Assembly: GCF_963921235.1 (NCBI RefSeq)
Contig: NC_086098.1
Span: forward strand, 2,666,001 to 2,730,000
Source: Mobula hypostoma
Taxonomy: Eukaryota
Direction of reading: 5' to 3'
Length of the DNA: 64,000 bases
The notes under the pieces: model-generated
The model's database searches: none
Seen by the model: only the letters and a program-made list of their open reading frames with translations
What the model was told of the DNA's origin: nothing
Translations under genes and position numbers: made by a program
In this document: in pieces, positions 1 through 12,374 of the stretch
How the letters are laid out: each line of letters begins with the position of its first letter
Numbering within the stretch: the stretch's first letter is position 1

Positions 1-169
1 AGCAGTGCGAGCAAAGAAGTTTATCTTGCTGTTGGAGTTATTTCTCCCCTTGTCTTGAGTCATAGTTTTGTTCTGCTCAACTTTGTCTCCTTCAGAGCCC
101 TTTGAATTAAGTTCAGTTAAATTCTGGGTCTTGAAGGCAAGACAAACCTAAAATGACCTTTTCTCATTA

Positions 170-465
170 CCACCACCAAGGAGGAGGTACAGAAGCCTGA
201 AGACATCTCTCAATGATTCAGGAACAGCTTTTCTCTCTCTACCATCAGATTTCTGAACAGTTCATGAACCCATGAACCCTACCTTGCTATTTTGCTCGCA
301 TTTTGTATTATCAATTTATCTATCAATCTCTCGAAATATTGTTCTAGTTGTACCTCAAATTAATGTTTTATGTCTTGCACTGTACTGCTGCTGCAAAACA
401 ACAAATTTCATGACATGTGTCACAAACAATAATAATAATAATAAACCTGATTCTGATTGTGATGA
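170..465 (+). mobile_element. Rex1/L2-like LINE 3' fragment
   Basis: Degenerate C-terminal RRYRSLK...FRNSF...IRFLN coding remnant, then a 3' UTR ending (aat)n aaacctgattctgatt. Confidence 0.6.
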
Positions 466-769
466 CATCTGTACTTCAGAATACAGGTTAAAGCATGATT
501 TTATATTAGGCTTGATGGGGTAGAAACTCAGTTCAACATGCTTCATCAAGAAGAGGAAAACTTAGATCTTTCCCCACAAACAATGATGGAAAGGAATTTA
601 TTGCCGGCTCCACAATTTCCCATTTCATTTGCCTTTCTGCTTTCCTTGTTTTTTTCAGGAAGTCATGCAAGCAAATGTGAATTCAAAAAGACTCCACAGC
701 CATCTCACTGAAATTAATTGCTGTGATACATTACTTTGCAAAAGTCTTAGGTATCCAAGATTTTTATCT

Positions 770-1097
770 GGTTTCAGATGGTGTGGCCTCCACAGAGCCC
801 TGACCTCAAGACAGAAGCAAGTGAGACAGCCAAAGAAGATCAGTGACAAGTATTCCAAGATGCTTGGAACAACGGACCAGTTGATTTTGTTATAAACCGA
901 CATGAGAGTGTGCTGAAAAGAATTGATGCAGTTTTAGAAGCAAAGGGTGGTCACACCAAGTATTGATTTGATTTAGCTTTTACTATTTACTGCTCTTTAT
1001 AGTATTTCTTAATATTTAGAAACTTTTCATTCATTATTTTCGAAAGCATCTTTGCTTTACAGTTTTTTTACATGTCCAAAACTTTTACACAGTACTT
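770..1097 (+). mobile_element. Tc1-like transposon 3' remnant (family A, TIR CAGTACTGTGCAAAAG)
   Basis: WPPQSPDL motif (tggcctccacagagccctgacctc), C-terminal AVLEAKGGHTKY*, right TIR aaaacttttacacagtact. Confidence 0.8.
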
Positions 1098-1139
1098 ACT
1101 GTATGTGCCTATCCAAAGAAAAAGATAAGTTTTATTGGT

Positions 1140-1510
1140 CATAAGACCATAAGACAAAGGAGCAGAAGTCGGCCATTCGGCCCATCGAGTCTGCTCCGGC
1201 ATTTTATCATGAGCTGATCCATTCTCCCATTTAGTCCCACTCCCCAGCTTTCCCACCCATAACCTTTGATGCCCTGGCTACTCAGATACCTGTCAATCTC
1301 TGCCTTAAATACACCCAATGACTTGACCTCCACTGCCGCCCGTGGCAACAAATTCCATAGATTCACCACCCTCTGACTAAAAAAATTTCTTTGCATTTCT
1401 GTTCTGAATGGGCGCTCTTCAATCCTTAAGTCATGCCCTCTGGTACTAGACTGCCCCATCATGGGAAACAACTTTGCCACATCCACTCTGTCCATGCCTT
1501 TCAACATCAT
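1140..1510 (-). mobile_element. CR1 LINE 3' fragment
   Basis: ORF 1139-1693 contains RNFFSQRVVNLWNLLP...FKAEIDRYL; taagacca-type tail. Confidence 0.85.
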
Positions 1511-1810
1511 ATGTATATTGATACAGACAGTGAAATGCTTTGTTTGTGTCAACAACCAAAACAACCTGAGGATGTGCTGGGGGCAGCCCACAGGCAGTGC
1601 CATGCTTGTGGCACTAACATAGTATGCCCACAACTTGCTAACCTGAATAGGAACGTCCTGGGAATGTGGGAGGAAACCCTTGCACCCATACAAAACTCAC
1701 ATGGTCATGGGGAGATTCTGCAAACTCCTTACAGACAGAACCAGGACTGAACCCAGAGCGCGAGTGCAGTAACATTTTGTGCTAACCGCTATGCTGCCAT
1801 GCCGCCCTGG
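1510..1810 (-). mobile_element. V-SINE with non-CR1 (L2-like) tail
   Basis: Reverse V-domain ggaatgtgggaggaaac...aaactccttacagac; tail shared with 17230-17285 and 42030-42085. Confidence 0.55.
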
Positions 1811-2100
1811 AGCACCAACGAACAAGAGTGTTATACTATACTATTACAGCTCACTACGTCGGAGTTCAGAGCTCGATCTTAGCGCCGTCTGTAAGGAGTT
1901 CTTGTATGTTCTCCCTGTCACCACGTGGGTTTCCTCCTGGTGCTCTAGTTTCCTCCCACAGTCAAAAGATGCGCCGGTTGGTAGGCTAACTGCTCATCGT
2001 AAATTGTGCTGTAATTAGGCTTGGGTTACATTGGTGGGTTGCTGGCAGTGTGGCTTGTTGGGCCAGAGGAGCCTGGTCCACACTGTATCTCTAAATAAAG
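1810..2100 (+). mobile_element. V-SINE (HE1-like)
   Basis: V-domain tgtaaggagtt..gtatgttctccc..gtgggtttcctcc..gtgctc..gtttcctcccacagtc; CR1-like tail ending tctctaaataaa. Confidence 0.75.
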
Positions 2101-2869
2101 AAAGAAAGCACCCCATCCCTACAATCATCTCTTGTAATGCTGTTGTGGATTCCAGGGTTTCCAAACAGACTTGATAAAGAAATGTTATATGTTATCTACC
2201 ATGTCTCCACTTAACTGTGTCAGTGCTATCTGCTTCAGCAACTTCACGTGGCAACAAGATCCAGGCTTATCTCATTTGTCATTTGTAGAACATGACTGAG
2301 TACAAATTGGCTGCCACCTATTGTCCATCAGAAGAGTGATGAAAGTGTTCAATCCCACACACTCGGCATAAGTCACCTGCTTAGTGTGAGGATGAAATTC
2401 TGTCTGAGTGAAATTGCTGACATTTCTTGTTGCAGACAGCAAGCCGCCAGAGGCAAAGAAGTTCATAACGGCAGCAACACAGACTGCAACAATCAGGTGA
2501 ATTCTAGTCTTCATCCAGAAGGTAATCCAGCTCTGTGACAAGCCCATGGGAGACGCAAAGTTCCAAAGTGCGCTGCTCTTCAGAGAATGCAGATCCATAG
2601 TGCCATACTTATAAATTCTGTACAGAAGGTATGACATCCTGCGAGCATACCTCTTGCTGCTTGCTCATCATATAAAAATGTCTGGTTCTCAAAATGTGTG
2701 TTTTTTCCCAGGGTGCTCCAGTTTCCTCCCACTGTCTAAAAATGTGGTGAATAGATAAACAGGTCATTGTAAAATTGTCCAGTGATTAGCTTAGGGTTAA
2801 TCAGATTTGTCAGGAGTTTTTCCACAAGGTTTGCCATTCAATACTGAAACAACAATCATATTATAATTG

Positions 2870-3136
2870 TCCATTCCCTATTCTGACTCCCCTCTTACCT
2901 CTTCTCTTCTCCTCACCTGTCCATCGCCTCCCTCCCATGGTCCACTCTCCTGTCCTATCAGATTACTCCTTTGCAGCACTTGATATCTTCCACCTAACAC
3001 CTTCACCTTCTCATTTCAAACCCACCTTCCCCCTCGCCCGGCTTCACCTATCACCTGTCAGCTTGTACTCCTCCCCCTCCTCCCACCTTCTTATTCTGGC
3101 TTCTTCCCCCTTCCTGATGAAGAGTCTCAGCTCAAG
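2870..3136 (+). mobile_element. Penelope-like element 3' (pLTR) fragment
   Basis: Pyrimidine-rich tract ending cctgatgaagagtctcagc; homologous to the GIY-YIG-bearing copy at 62620-63850. Confidence 0.65.
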
Positions 3137-3369
3137 CCATGCTTTCCATGGGGAGGATGTACGGAGTCTCTTTACAGAATTATACTCTGAAGTCCAGGAT
3201 GCCCCAAGCTGTAATAGTGTTGTGCTAAACACTAGACCATCATGCACCCAACTTATTCTGCTGTATCTATAAATAAGTGAATGAATGGATGAATAGATAG
3301 GTAGATAAATAAACAAACAAGCAAGCAAATAAATAAATAAATCTACAAATGTGCCAGATTCTCTAAGAT

Positions 3370-5060
3370 TGTCACAGCCTGAGGGGTTAGTAGGTATAAG
3401 CTCCCTCTACCTCTACCTATTAGCCAGCATCTCAAATAGCCTCTGACAACCAAGTCCAGCTCCAGTCCTTAACCTGTGGCTACCAAGTCGATAAGACCAT
3501 AAGACATAGGAGCAGAATTAGTTTACTCAGCTGATCGAGTCTTCTCCACCATTCCATCATGACTGATCCCAGATCCCACTCAAACCCATTCACCTGCCTT
3601 CTTGCCATATCCTTTTATGCCCTAACTGATCAGGAAACAATCAACTTCCACCTTAAATATAACTATGGACTTGGCCTCCACCACGTCTGTGGCAGAGCAT
3701 TCCACAGATTCACCACTCTCTGGCCAAAAAATTCCTCCTTACCTCTGTAGAAAAAGGTTACTCCTGAATTTTGAGGCTGTGCCTCTAGTTCTGGTTATCC
3801 ACATCATAGGAAACATCCTCTCCACACCCACCTTATCTAGTCCATTCAACATTCGGTAGGTTTCAATGAGATCCCCCTGCATTCTTCTAAATTGAGGACA
3901 GGCTCAAAGCTACCAAACACCTCTCATATGTTAATCCCTTCATTCCCGGAATTATTCTTGTGTTGCCTCAGGATTCTCCGCAATGACAACACATACTTTC
4001 TGAGATATAGGGCCCAAAACTATTGAAAATACTCCAAGTGCAGGCTGACTAGTGTTTTATAAAGGCTCAGCATTATCTCCTTGCTTTTACATTCTATTCC
4101 CCTTGAAATAAATGCAAACATTGCATTTGTCTTCCTCACCACAGACTGAATCTGTAAATTAACCTTCTGTAAGTTTTGCATGAGGACTCCTAAGTCCCTC
4201 TGCACCTCTGATGTTTGATCCTTCTGCCCATTTAGACAATAGTCTGCACTATCGTTCCTTTTACCAAAATATACTATCATACATTTCCCAACACTGTGTT
4301 GCATCTGCCACTTTTTTGCCCATTCTTCCAATCTGTCTAAATCTTTCTGTAATTGCATTGCTTCCTCAGCACTACCTACCCCTCCACTTATCATCCATAA
4401 ACTTTGTCACAAAGTCATCAATTCCATTGTCCAAATCATTGACAAACAATGTGAAAGTAGTAGTCACAATACTGACCCTTGAGGAACACCACTAGTCACT
4501 GGCAGCCAACTAGATTACACCCCTTTTTATTCCCACTCGCTGCCTCCTGTCATTCCTCTATCCATAGATATCTTTCCTGTAATGCCATATATTTAGCAGC
4601 TTCACGTGTGCCACCTTATCCAATGCCTTCTGAAAGTCCAAATAAATAACATCCACCACCTCTCCTTTGTCTGGAGGAACCATCCCTACTGACAAGAGAA
4701 GGGGTAATGGGCTATTAGCGCATTAAAACTAGTTGATCTGGCCGGTTGGGACTTGTCATTTCTGGTTGGCAGCACGTCTCAAGAAAGGAAAACTCGGATC
4801 TCAAATCTACGCTATCTTGTGGCTATACCCACTCATGGGGAAGGCTTCAGGAGTAAATCCTGAGGGAAGATCCAGAGTTGGAGTCTCTATGTTGAGTTCA
4901 ATGCTAAGTAGTGACTCTTGAGACACCACTGGTGCCAAACCATATCAGGCTCTGCCATTCCGTTGGATTCATCAGCTGTATGAAAAGTGGATACTTGCTA
5001 CATGGCAACAGCTTATTCTCCATATCATCCTGCCCAGGCTTGTGTATGATGGCCGGGATG
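3370..5060. repeat. Unclassified interspersed repeat (3370-3490 and 4672-5060) split by a CR1 insertion
   Basis: GC-richer, retroposon-UTR-like sequence on both sides of CR1 3490-4671; family not recognised. Confidence 0.35.
3490..4671 (-). mobile_element. CR1 LINE, 5'-truncated, degenerate RT
   Basis: ORF 4020-4394 LQKDLDRLEEWAKKWQM...QRDLGV; tail ataagaccataagac. Confidence 0.9.
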
Positions 5061-5214
5061 CAGCATCCATGACTGAACATGGCCAATAGAGGCTGTCACA
5101 AGTGTTGTCAAGAGAAATCGTTTTACAGTAAGAAAGATATAAGCAAGGTCATTTACAAATTAGTTTTAACATTTTTAAAATTTATTTGGTCATTTGTTAT
5201 TACCTTTCAAATGG

Positions 5215-6360
5215 GTTAGTTATCTTTTACCCTTAAGTCATGATCTCTGATTGTAGTCCCACCCAACCTCTGTGGAAAAAGCTTGTTTGCATTTACCCTA
5301 TCTATACTCCTCATGATTTTGTATACTTCTATCAAATCTCCTCTCAATCTTCTACATTCATAAGAATACAATCCTAACCTACTCACTCTTTCCTTATAAC
5401 TCAAGTCCTCCACACCCAGCCACATCCCTGGAAATTTTCTCTGCATTCTTTCAACCTCATTTACTTCTTTCCTGTAGGTAGGTCACCAAAACTGCACACA
5501 ACACTCCAAATTAGGCCTTGCCAATGTTTTATACAACTTCAACATACCATCGCATCTCCTGTCCTCAATACATTGATTTATGAAGGCCAATGTGCCAAAA
5601 GCTTTATTTACAAACGTATCTGTTTGGGTGACACTCCTTCACCTTGTCTGCTTGAGCAACTTCATGCCTACTTTTCGCCTTCGTAATTTCTTTCTTAAGT
5701 GTTCTCTTGCATTGCATTTCTGATACTCCATAAGCACCTCGTTCGTTTCTACTTGCCTATACTTGCTATGCACCTCCTTTTTTCTCTTACTCAGAGCCTC
5801 AATATCTCTTGAAAACCAAGGTTCCCTACACTTATTATCTTTACCCTTTATTCTGACAGGCACACACAAGCTCTGCTCTCTCAAACTTTTGTTTTTGTAG
5901 TCCTCACACTTTCCAAGTACACCTCTGCCAGAAAACAGCCTGTCCCAATCCACACTAGCCATTTTATTTCTGATAACATCAAAATTGGCCTTTCTTCAAT
6001 TTAGAATCTCAGCCCGTGGACCAGACCTATCTCTTTGCGTACTTACTTTGAAGCTAATGATATTGTGTTCCCCTACACAAATTACCGTCACCTGTCCTGT
6101 CTCATTCCCTAATAGCAGATTCAGTATTGTACTCTCCTGTTGAGAATTCTATGTACTGATGAAGGATATTTTCATGAACACATTTGACAAACTATCATAT
6201 CCAGTCCTTTTCCAGTCAATATATGGAAAGTTAAAATTGCCTGCTACAACAACCTTATGTTTGTTACAACAGTCTGCAAACTCTACAAATTTGTTCCTCT
6301 GAATTCTTAGGACTGTTGGGTGGTCTGTAATATAGTTCCATTAACATGTTCGTACCATTC
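5215..6360 (-). mobile_element. CR1 LINE fragments (endonuclease-linker joined to RT C-terminus, internally deleted)
   Basis: ORFs 5639-5962 (DWDRLF...EPWFSRDI) and 5216-5446 (RRLRGDLIEVYKI). Confidence 0.85.
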
Positions 6361-6369
6361 ATTATGATC

Positions 6370-6500
6370 ACCGTACCAAATGTACAGCATTTTCAACACA
6401 GTAATGATCCTTGTCCCACTCTTATAACGTTTCTCACACAGTAATGAGCCTCATACCAAACATACAGCATTTCCACACAGTAATGAACGAATACCTACAT
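6370..6500. repeat. Degenerate ~40-bp tandem repeat, 3-4 units
   Basis: Recurring tacagcattt..cacacagtaatga. Confidence 0.55.
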
Positions 6501-6509
6501 GTTCAGATA

Positions 6510-6910
6510 CACTCAGTCATCACTTGTACCTTCGGTACCTAATAAAGTAGCCACTGAGCGTACGTTCATGGTCTTCTGCTGCTGTAGCCCATCCACTTCA
6601 AGGTTTGATGTGGAAGAGCTCTTCTGCAGAGCACTGTTGTAAGACATGCTGATATGAGTTACTGATTTAAGTGACTTTGACCATGGAATGATTCTTGGTT
6701 GAGAATCTCAGAAAGTGCTAATCTGCTGGCATTTCCATACACAACAATCTCTAGAGTTTACAGAGAATTGTGCAAAAAACAAAAAAAAAAATCCAGTGAG
6801 CAGCAGTTCTGTGTGCTAGAACATCTTGTTAATGAGAGAGGTCAGGGGAGAATGTCCAGACTGGTTCATGTTAACAGGAAGGTGACAGTAACTCAAATAA
6901 CCATGCAACC
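6510..6910. mobile_element. Non-autonomous Tc1 (family B, TIR CACTCAGTGGCCACTTTATTAGG), rearranged
   Basis: Transposase N-terminal remnant ISESANLLAFPYTTISRVYRE...LVNERGQGRMSRLV; terminal mini TIR-TIR unit 6510-6560. Confidence 0.75.
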
Positions 6911-7044
6911 AATTATTAACATCATAAGCTTAAGGCGATATCCTAAAATTAAGTCACTCTCGACAAGAATCCTGAAACAAGAGTCTAAAGAGAGGAACAC
7001 AAGCAAGATTAAACTAGAAGGATTTATTTATTATATGTTTTATT

Positions 7045-7235
7045 TCATTTAGAGAAACAGTGCTGAACAGCCCCTTCCAGCCCAAAGAGCCGCATTGCCC
7101 AGCACCCCACCGAATTACCCCTAGCCTCATCACAGGACAATTTACAATGACCAATTAATCTGGTAACTAGTACTTCTTTGGAATGTGGGAGGAAACCGGA
7201 GCATCCAGAGAAAACTCATGGATACCGTGGGGAGA
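7045..7235 (-). mobile_element. V-SINE
   Basis: Reverse V-domain ggaatgtgggaggaaaccggagca. Confidence 0.7.
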
Positions 7236-7944
7236 ATAAAAGGACAAGGAACAAAACATAGAAACAAAGGACAGTGGAAAGTGTAGCAGAGACAAATGGA
7301 ATTCCTGTGGAATTGGGCAAATCCTGTCGAGAATTGGGAATGAGGTAGATAATAATTAGTAATGCTTGCAAATCTGAAATAATATCCCTGTCTCAATGAG
7401 AAATCCGTGGTCGTTTCATCAGTAATTGCAGGACTCCTCTGCACAACAGCAAAATCCTGTTGGATTTTGAATTCAGAAGGGTTTTCTGTTATCAAGGTCA
7501 AAGCAGTTATCCTTAAAGGGAAAGAATGAAAACGTAGCTTGTCTTGTCCCTCACTGATTGTCCCACTGGTAGAGCAATCTCATTGAGATCAATTGCCTTT
7601 GGATTATTTTTTTCTTTGTTCAGCCCCAATGCAATCAGATATAATTAGCACAGCCTAGAAAGGGAGTACTTGATGGAATTTCTGTACATAACCAGCAACA
7701 TCCCCCTCCCCCATTTAACATTTATCCATCAAAATCTGTGAAGTCAGTTAGGAAATTTCTAGTGCATCTTTATCAGATGTTGGCAGACTCTTACCCTTTC
7801 TTATTTCCCAGTGACAGAAAATAGGATTATATTGGTAGATTATCTTTCTCATGACGAAAGCGAAGGAGTTGTAAGACCATAAGACAAAGGAGCAGAAGTC
7901 GACCATTCGGCCCATCGAGTCTGCTCCACCAGTTATGGTGGGTA

Positions 7945-8095
7945 TGAGGTAGGCAGCACAGCAACATAGCAGTTAGCATAAGGCTATTACAATGGCAGAA
8001 ATCTGGGTTCAATTCCTGCACTCTTCTCCCCATCACTAGGTGGGTTTCCTCTGGGAGCTCCAGTTTCCTCCCACATTCCAAAGATTAACAAGTTA
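7945..8095 (+). mobile_element. V-SINE 5' part between two CR1 tails
   Basis: ggcagcacagcaacatagcagttagc head, B-box-like gggttcaattcc, V-domain. Confidence 0.65.
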
Positions 8096-9080
8096 GACCA
8101 TAAGACCATAAGATTTAGGAACAGAAGTAGGCCATTTGGCCCGTCGAGTCTGCTCCGCCATACAATCATGGGCTGATCCAATTCTTCCAGTCATCCCCAC
8201 TCTCCTGCTTTCAACCCATACCATTTGATGCCCGGCTAATCAGGAATCTATCTATCTCTGCCTTAAAAACACCCATTGACTTGGCCTCCACAGCCTCTCC
8301 TGGCAACAAATTCCACAGACTTACCGTCGTCGTCGCGGCTATCCCTCGAGGTCGAGGATGATGGTCTTCATTCTGAAGAAGTGGCCCATAGAGTGAAGAC
8401 GCCTGTGCGTGTATTTGTTTAACGTGTACTTGATGTTGCACTCCAAGAAGCACACGATACTTCACAAATCAACCAAATGATTCCAATGGCATGGAAACCA
8501 CGACGATTGGAGCTGATGGATTTGTTGCAGCCTTCATCCGCCTTCACAGCCATTGAGTTCGAAGTAACTTCATCCGTCTGTTCCACCGTTGAGGTCTTGG
8601 TTGGATTGTTCTTTATCAGGGACCTCACCCTCGACCTTACCGCCATGGGTGACCCTACCAGGAGCATAGCTCCAGACGGCATTGCTCTAGGGATCTCAGG
8701 ACCACACAAGCTTCTCCACCATGACAAGGTGACAATCCAGGAAGAAATTCCACAGACTTACCACCCTCTGACTAAAGTAATTTCTCCGCATCTCAGTTCT
8801 AAAGGGACATGGTGCCCTCGTGTCCTAGACTCCCCTACCCTGAGAAATAACTTTGCCATATCTAATCTGTTCAGGCCTTTTAACATTCAAAGTGTTTTGA
8901 TTAGATGCCCCGTCATTCTCCTGAACTCCAGGGAATACAGCCCAAGAGCTGCCAGACATTCCTCATATGGTAACCCTTTCATTCCTGGAATCATTCTCGT
9001 GAATCTTCTCTGAACCCTCTCCAATGTCAGTTTATCCTTTCTAAAATAAGGAGCCCAAAACTGCACACAATACTCCAAGC
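8096..9080 (-). mobile_element. CR1 LINE 3' fragment interrupted by an RTE-derived insert
   Basis: ORF 8887-9123 LEYCVQFWAPY...[14 protein letters not shown]; tail at 8096. Confidence 0.85.
8326..8744 (-). mobile_element. Bipartite RTE-derived non-autonomous retroposon
   Basis: Perfect 18-bp TSD aaattccacagacttacc (8308-8325 and 8745-8762); RTE-type 5' gtcaccttgtcatggtggag; (GAC)n tail. Confidence 0.8.
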
Positions 9081-9435
9081 AACACACACAAAATGCTGGT
9101 GAATATAGCAGGCCAGACAGCATCTATAGGAAGAGGTACAGTCGATGTTTCCGGCCGAGACCCTTCATCAGGACTAACTGAAAGAAGAGATAGTCAGAGA
9201 TTTGAAAATGGGAGGGAGAGGGGGAAATCTGAAATGATAGGAGAAGACAGGAGGGAGAGGGATAGAGCTAAGAGCTGGAAAGTTGATTAGCAAAAGGGAT
9301 ACAAGGCTGGAGAAGGGAGAGGATCATGGGAAGGGAGGCCTAGGGAGAAAGAAAGGGGGAGGGGAGCCCAGAGGAAGATGGAGAGCAGGCAAGGAGTTAT
9401 TGTGAGAGGGATAGAGAGAGGTAAAAGGAAAAAGT
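9080..9435 (-). mobile_element. Penelope-like element 3'/pLTR fragment
   Basis: Same terminal module as 62620-62760; contains the hammerhead motif. Confidence 0.75.
9139..9176 (-). ncRNA. Minimal type-I hammerhead ribozyme motif (Penelope pLTR), mutated
   Basis: Minus strand reads tagtc CTGATGA a ggg tctcgg ccg GAAA ca TC gactg. Confidence 0.65.
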
Positions 9436-9482
9436 AATAAATAAACCAACAAACAAACAAACAAACAAATAAATAAATAAAT

Positions 9483-10570
9483 TGATGATGGAAGAACAGT
9501 AGATGTAGTGTATATGGATTTCAGCAAGGCATTTGACAAGGTACCCTATGCAAGGCTTATTGAGAAAGTAAGGAGGCATGGGATCCAAGGGGAAATTGCC
9601 TTATGGATCTAGAACTGACTTGCCCACAGAAGGCAATGAGTGGTTGTAGACTGCTCATATTCTGCATGGAGGTCGGTCACCAGTGGTGTGCCTCAGGGCT
9701 CTGTTCTGGGACCCCTTCTCTTCGTAATTTTTATAAATGACCTGGATGAAGAAGTAGAGGGATGGGTTAGTAATTCTGCTGCTGCTGACAGAGGTTACAA
9801 CGGGACATTGATAGGATGCAAAAATGGGCTGAGAAATGGCGGATGGAGTTCAATGCAGATAACTGTGAGGTCAAATATGATGACAGAATATAGTATTAAT
9901 GGTAAGACTCTTGACAGTTTGGAGGATCAGAGGGATCTTGGGGTCCGAGTCCATAGGACACTCAAAGCTACTCCGCAGGTTGACTCTGTGGTTAAGAAGG
10001 CATACTGGCCAATCTTCATCAATCGTGGGATTGAGTTTAGGAGCTGAGAGGTACTGTTACAGCTATGTAGGACCCCGGTGAGACCCCACTTGGAGTACTG
10101 TGCTCAGTTCTGGTCGCCTCACTACAGGAAGGATGTGGAAGCCATAGAAAGGGTGTAGAGGAAATTTACAAGGATATTGTCTGGATTGGGGAGCATGCCT
10201 TATGAGAATAGGTTGAATGATGATGAGAGGCATTGATCATGTGGATAGTCAGAGGCTTTTTCCCAGGGCTGAAATGGCTAGCACGAGAGGGCACATTTTT
10301 AAGGTGCTTGGAAGTAGGTACAGAGGAGATGTCAGGGGTAAGTTTTTTTACACGGAGAGTGGTGAGTGCATGGAATGGGCTGCCAGCGACGGTGGTGGAG
10401 GCGGATACAATAGGGTCTTTTTAAAGACTCCTGGACAGGTACAAGGAGCTTCGAAAAATAGAGGTAACCCTAGGTAATTTCTCAGGTAGGGACATGTTCG
10501 GCACAGCTTTGTGGGTCAAACGGCCAGTATTGTGCTGTAGGTTTTCTATGTTTTTCTGTGTTTCTATGTT
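9483..10570 (+). mobile_element. CR1 LINE RT and 3' end
   Basis: VTSGVPQGSVLGPLLFVIFINDLD; tail tttctatgtt. Confidence 0.9.
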
Positions 10571-10574
10571 GCTG

Positions 10575-10995
10575 GATCCAGAGGAAAAATTGAATAGGTT
10601 AGGACTTTATTCCTTGGTACATAGAAGTTTGAAGGGAGGTTTGATAGAGGTACATAAAATTATGAGGGGTATAGATAGGGTAAATGGAAGCAGGCTTTTT
10701 TCCACTGAGGTTGGATGGGCCTGCAATGGGGTGAAAGGTGAAATATTTCTGAGGAACATCTACAGATTGAGGGTAATGAGAGCGTGGAAAGCGCTGCCAT
10801 TGCATGTTGTGGATGGAGTTTCCACTTCAACAATTAAAAGATGTTTGAATAAATCCATGGATGGTGGGGGGGTGGTATGGGGGGCTATTGTTCAGGAATA
10901 AGGCCCTGGACTAGGCAGAATAACAGTTCAGAATGGACTAGATGGACCAAAGGACCAGTTTCTGTTCTGTTGTATTCTATGACTCTGACTCTCTG
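10575..10995 (+). mobile_element. CR1 LINE 3' fragment (older family)
   Basis: LNRLGLYSL...GGLIEVHKIMRGIDRV; tail ctatgactctgactct. Confidence 0.8.
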
Positions 10996-12374
10996 TGGAA
11001 GGGTAATTTTGACAGCTCCTGTAAACTGGGGAGGTAGTAAATGGCCGATTGTAGAATGGAGCCCGGGAAAGGTGTCAAAGTGAATGTCAATTTTCCATTC
11101 CATTCTTGCAGTTATAGAACTAATTTGTCTTTCTTACAAATACAGTGATATAAAGGTTGTTTAATTCCTTTTCTGGGTATATTCCATTTTCAATCTCTGA
11201 CTCATGTAATATCCCACAAGCATAATCTGTTCAACAGAAAGGCCCGTATTGGTATGTTTCCCTGTTACTGAATATCTATAGCCTGGATAGTAAAATCAAA
11301 GGATGAATAAAGTTTCAAGTGAATAGCATTCTGATATGACATTTAAAATATTCTATTTGAAGTTGTATAAGTGATCATAATTTCAAAACTCTTAGCTGCT
11401 TTACAAAGAAAATTCATCATCTATAGTGGAATTATCTGGTTCGCTAATTAGCAGAATACGCTCTGTATAGTGTTCAGTGTGAGATAAAGAACACTCTCCT
11501 CATAGAACACTTTGATATTCTCGAGCCCCTCTTGCAGCAACTTACATAGAACTTAGGACATAGTGCATAGAACATGATCTCATAAATCCAGGTAACGTCC
11601 TGATAAATCTCCTCTGCACCCTCTAGGGTAGGCCTGACAGGTGGGCAGGAAGGGGATAAGATTGAGGATTGGTGCATCTTGGTAAAACTGAATAGTTACA
11701 TAGCGTGCAAAGCAGACTGTCTCCATTGGCTCACATGTAGGTGAAATCACTGGAAAGATTCTGCCTCATTTGCCTGTCCACCCACCCACCTTAATGACTC
11801 AGGGATGAGACAGCTCACACAGCAGTCAAAAGACAGATGGGATTTAGCACCGACTGACAATCCAAAGTGCAGTCAAGCAATAGAACAGAAAAAAATAAAG
11901 ACACAGAAAGAAGCTTATGAAATAATTCCCTCAATCTTGCAAAAATAATGTCATTGTTTCATTGTGGCTCACTCACCACCTTTAACTCATTCATCACCTT
12001 TGAGTTTATCTACCTCAATGTGGATAATTCAAGATTCAAGATTGTTTACTGTCATTTCTAGTCCACGTGTAAAGGAGAACAAAATAAGGTAGTGTTTGGA
12101 CTATGGATGTACTTAAACTTGTGTGCTATTGAAATTAGTTCCTGTGCACCATACGACAATGATCAAATTAACAGTCTATCCAGAAAAACTGGCCTTTAGG
12201 ACCAAAAACTAGTACACACATATATCTTGGCAGTATTGCTGATGACTAATAAAACTGTTCCTGTGTTCTTCAGCATTGCTCCCAGCAATGCTCCTTCTCA
12301 TCAATAATGGGAGGAAACCTGAGAGATTTTATTTTCGTGAAGGCCTTACGCAACCGGTGACTACAATTTATTCC

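Noticed and set aside
7945..8030. tRNA gene
   Set aside because: The A/B-box-like sequence is the tRNA-derived head of a V-SINE; no cloverleaf.
8477..9013. 178-aa ORF
   Set aside because: Spans the antisense of the RTE-derived insert and a CR1 across a TSD junction; a chimeric chance frame.
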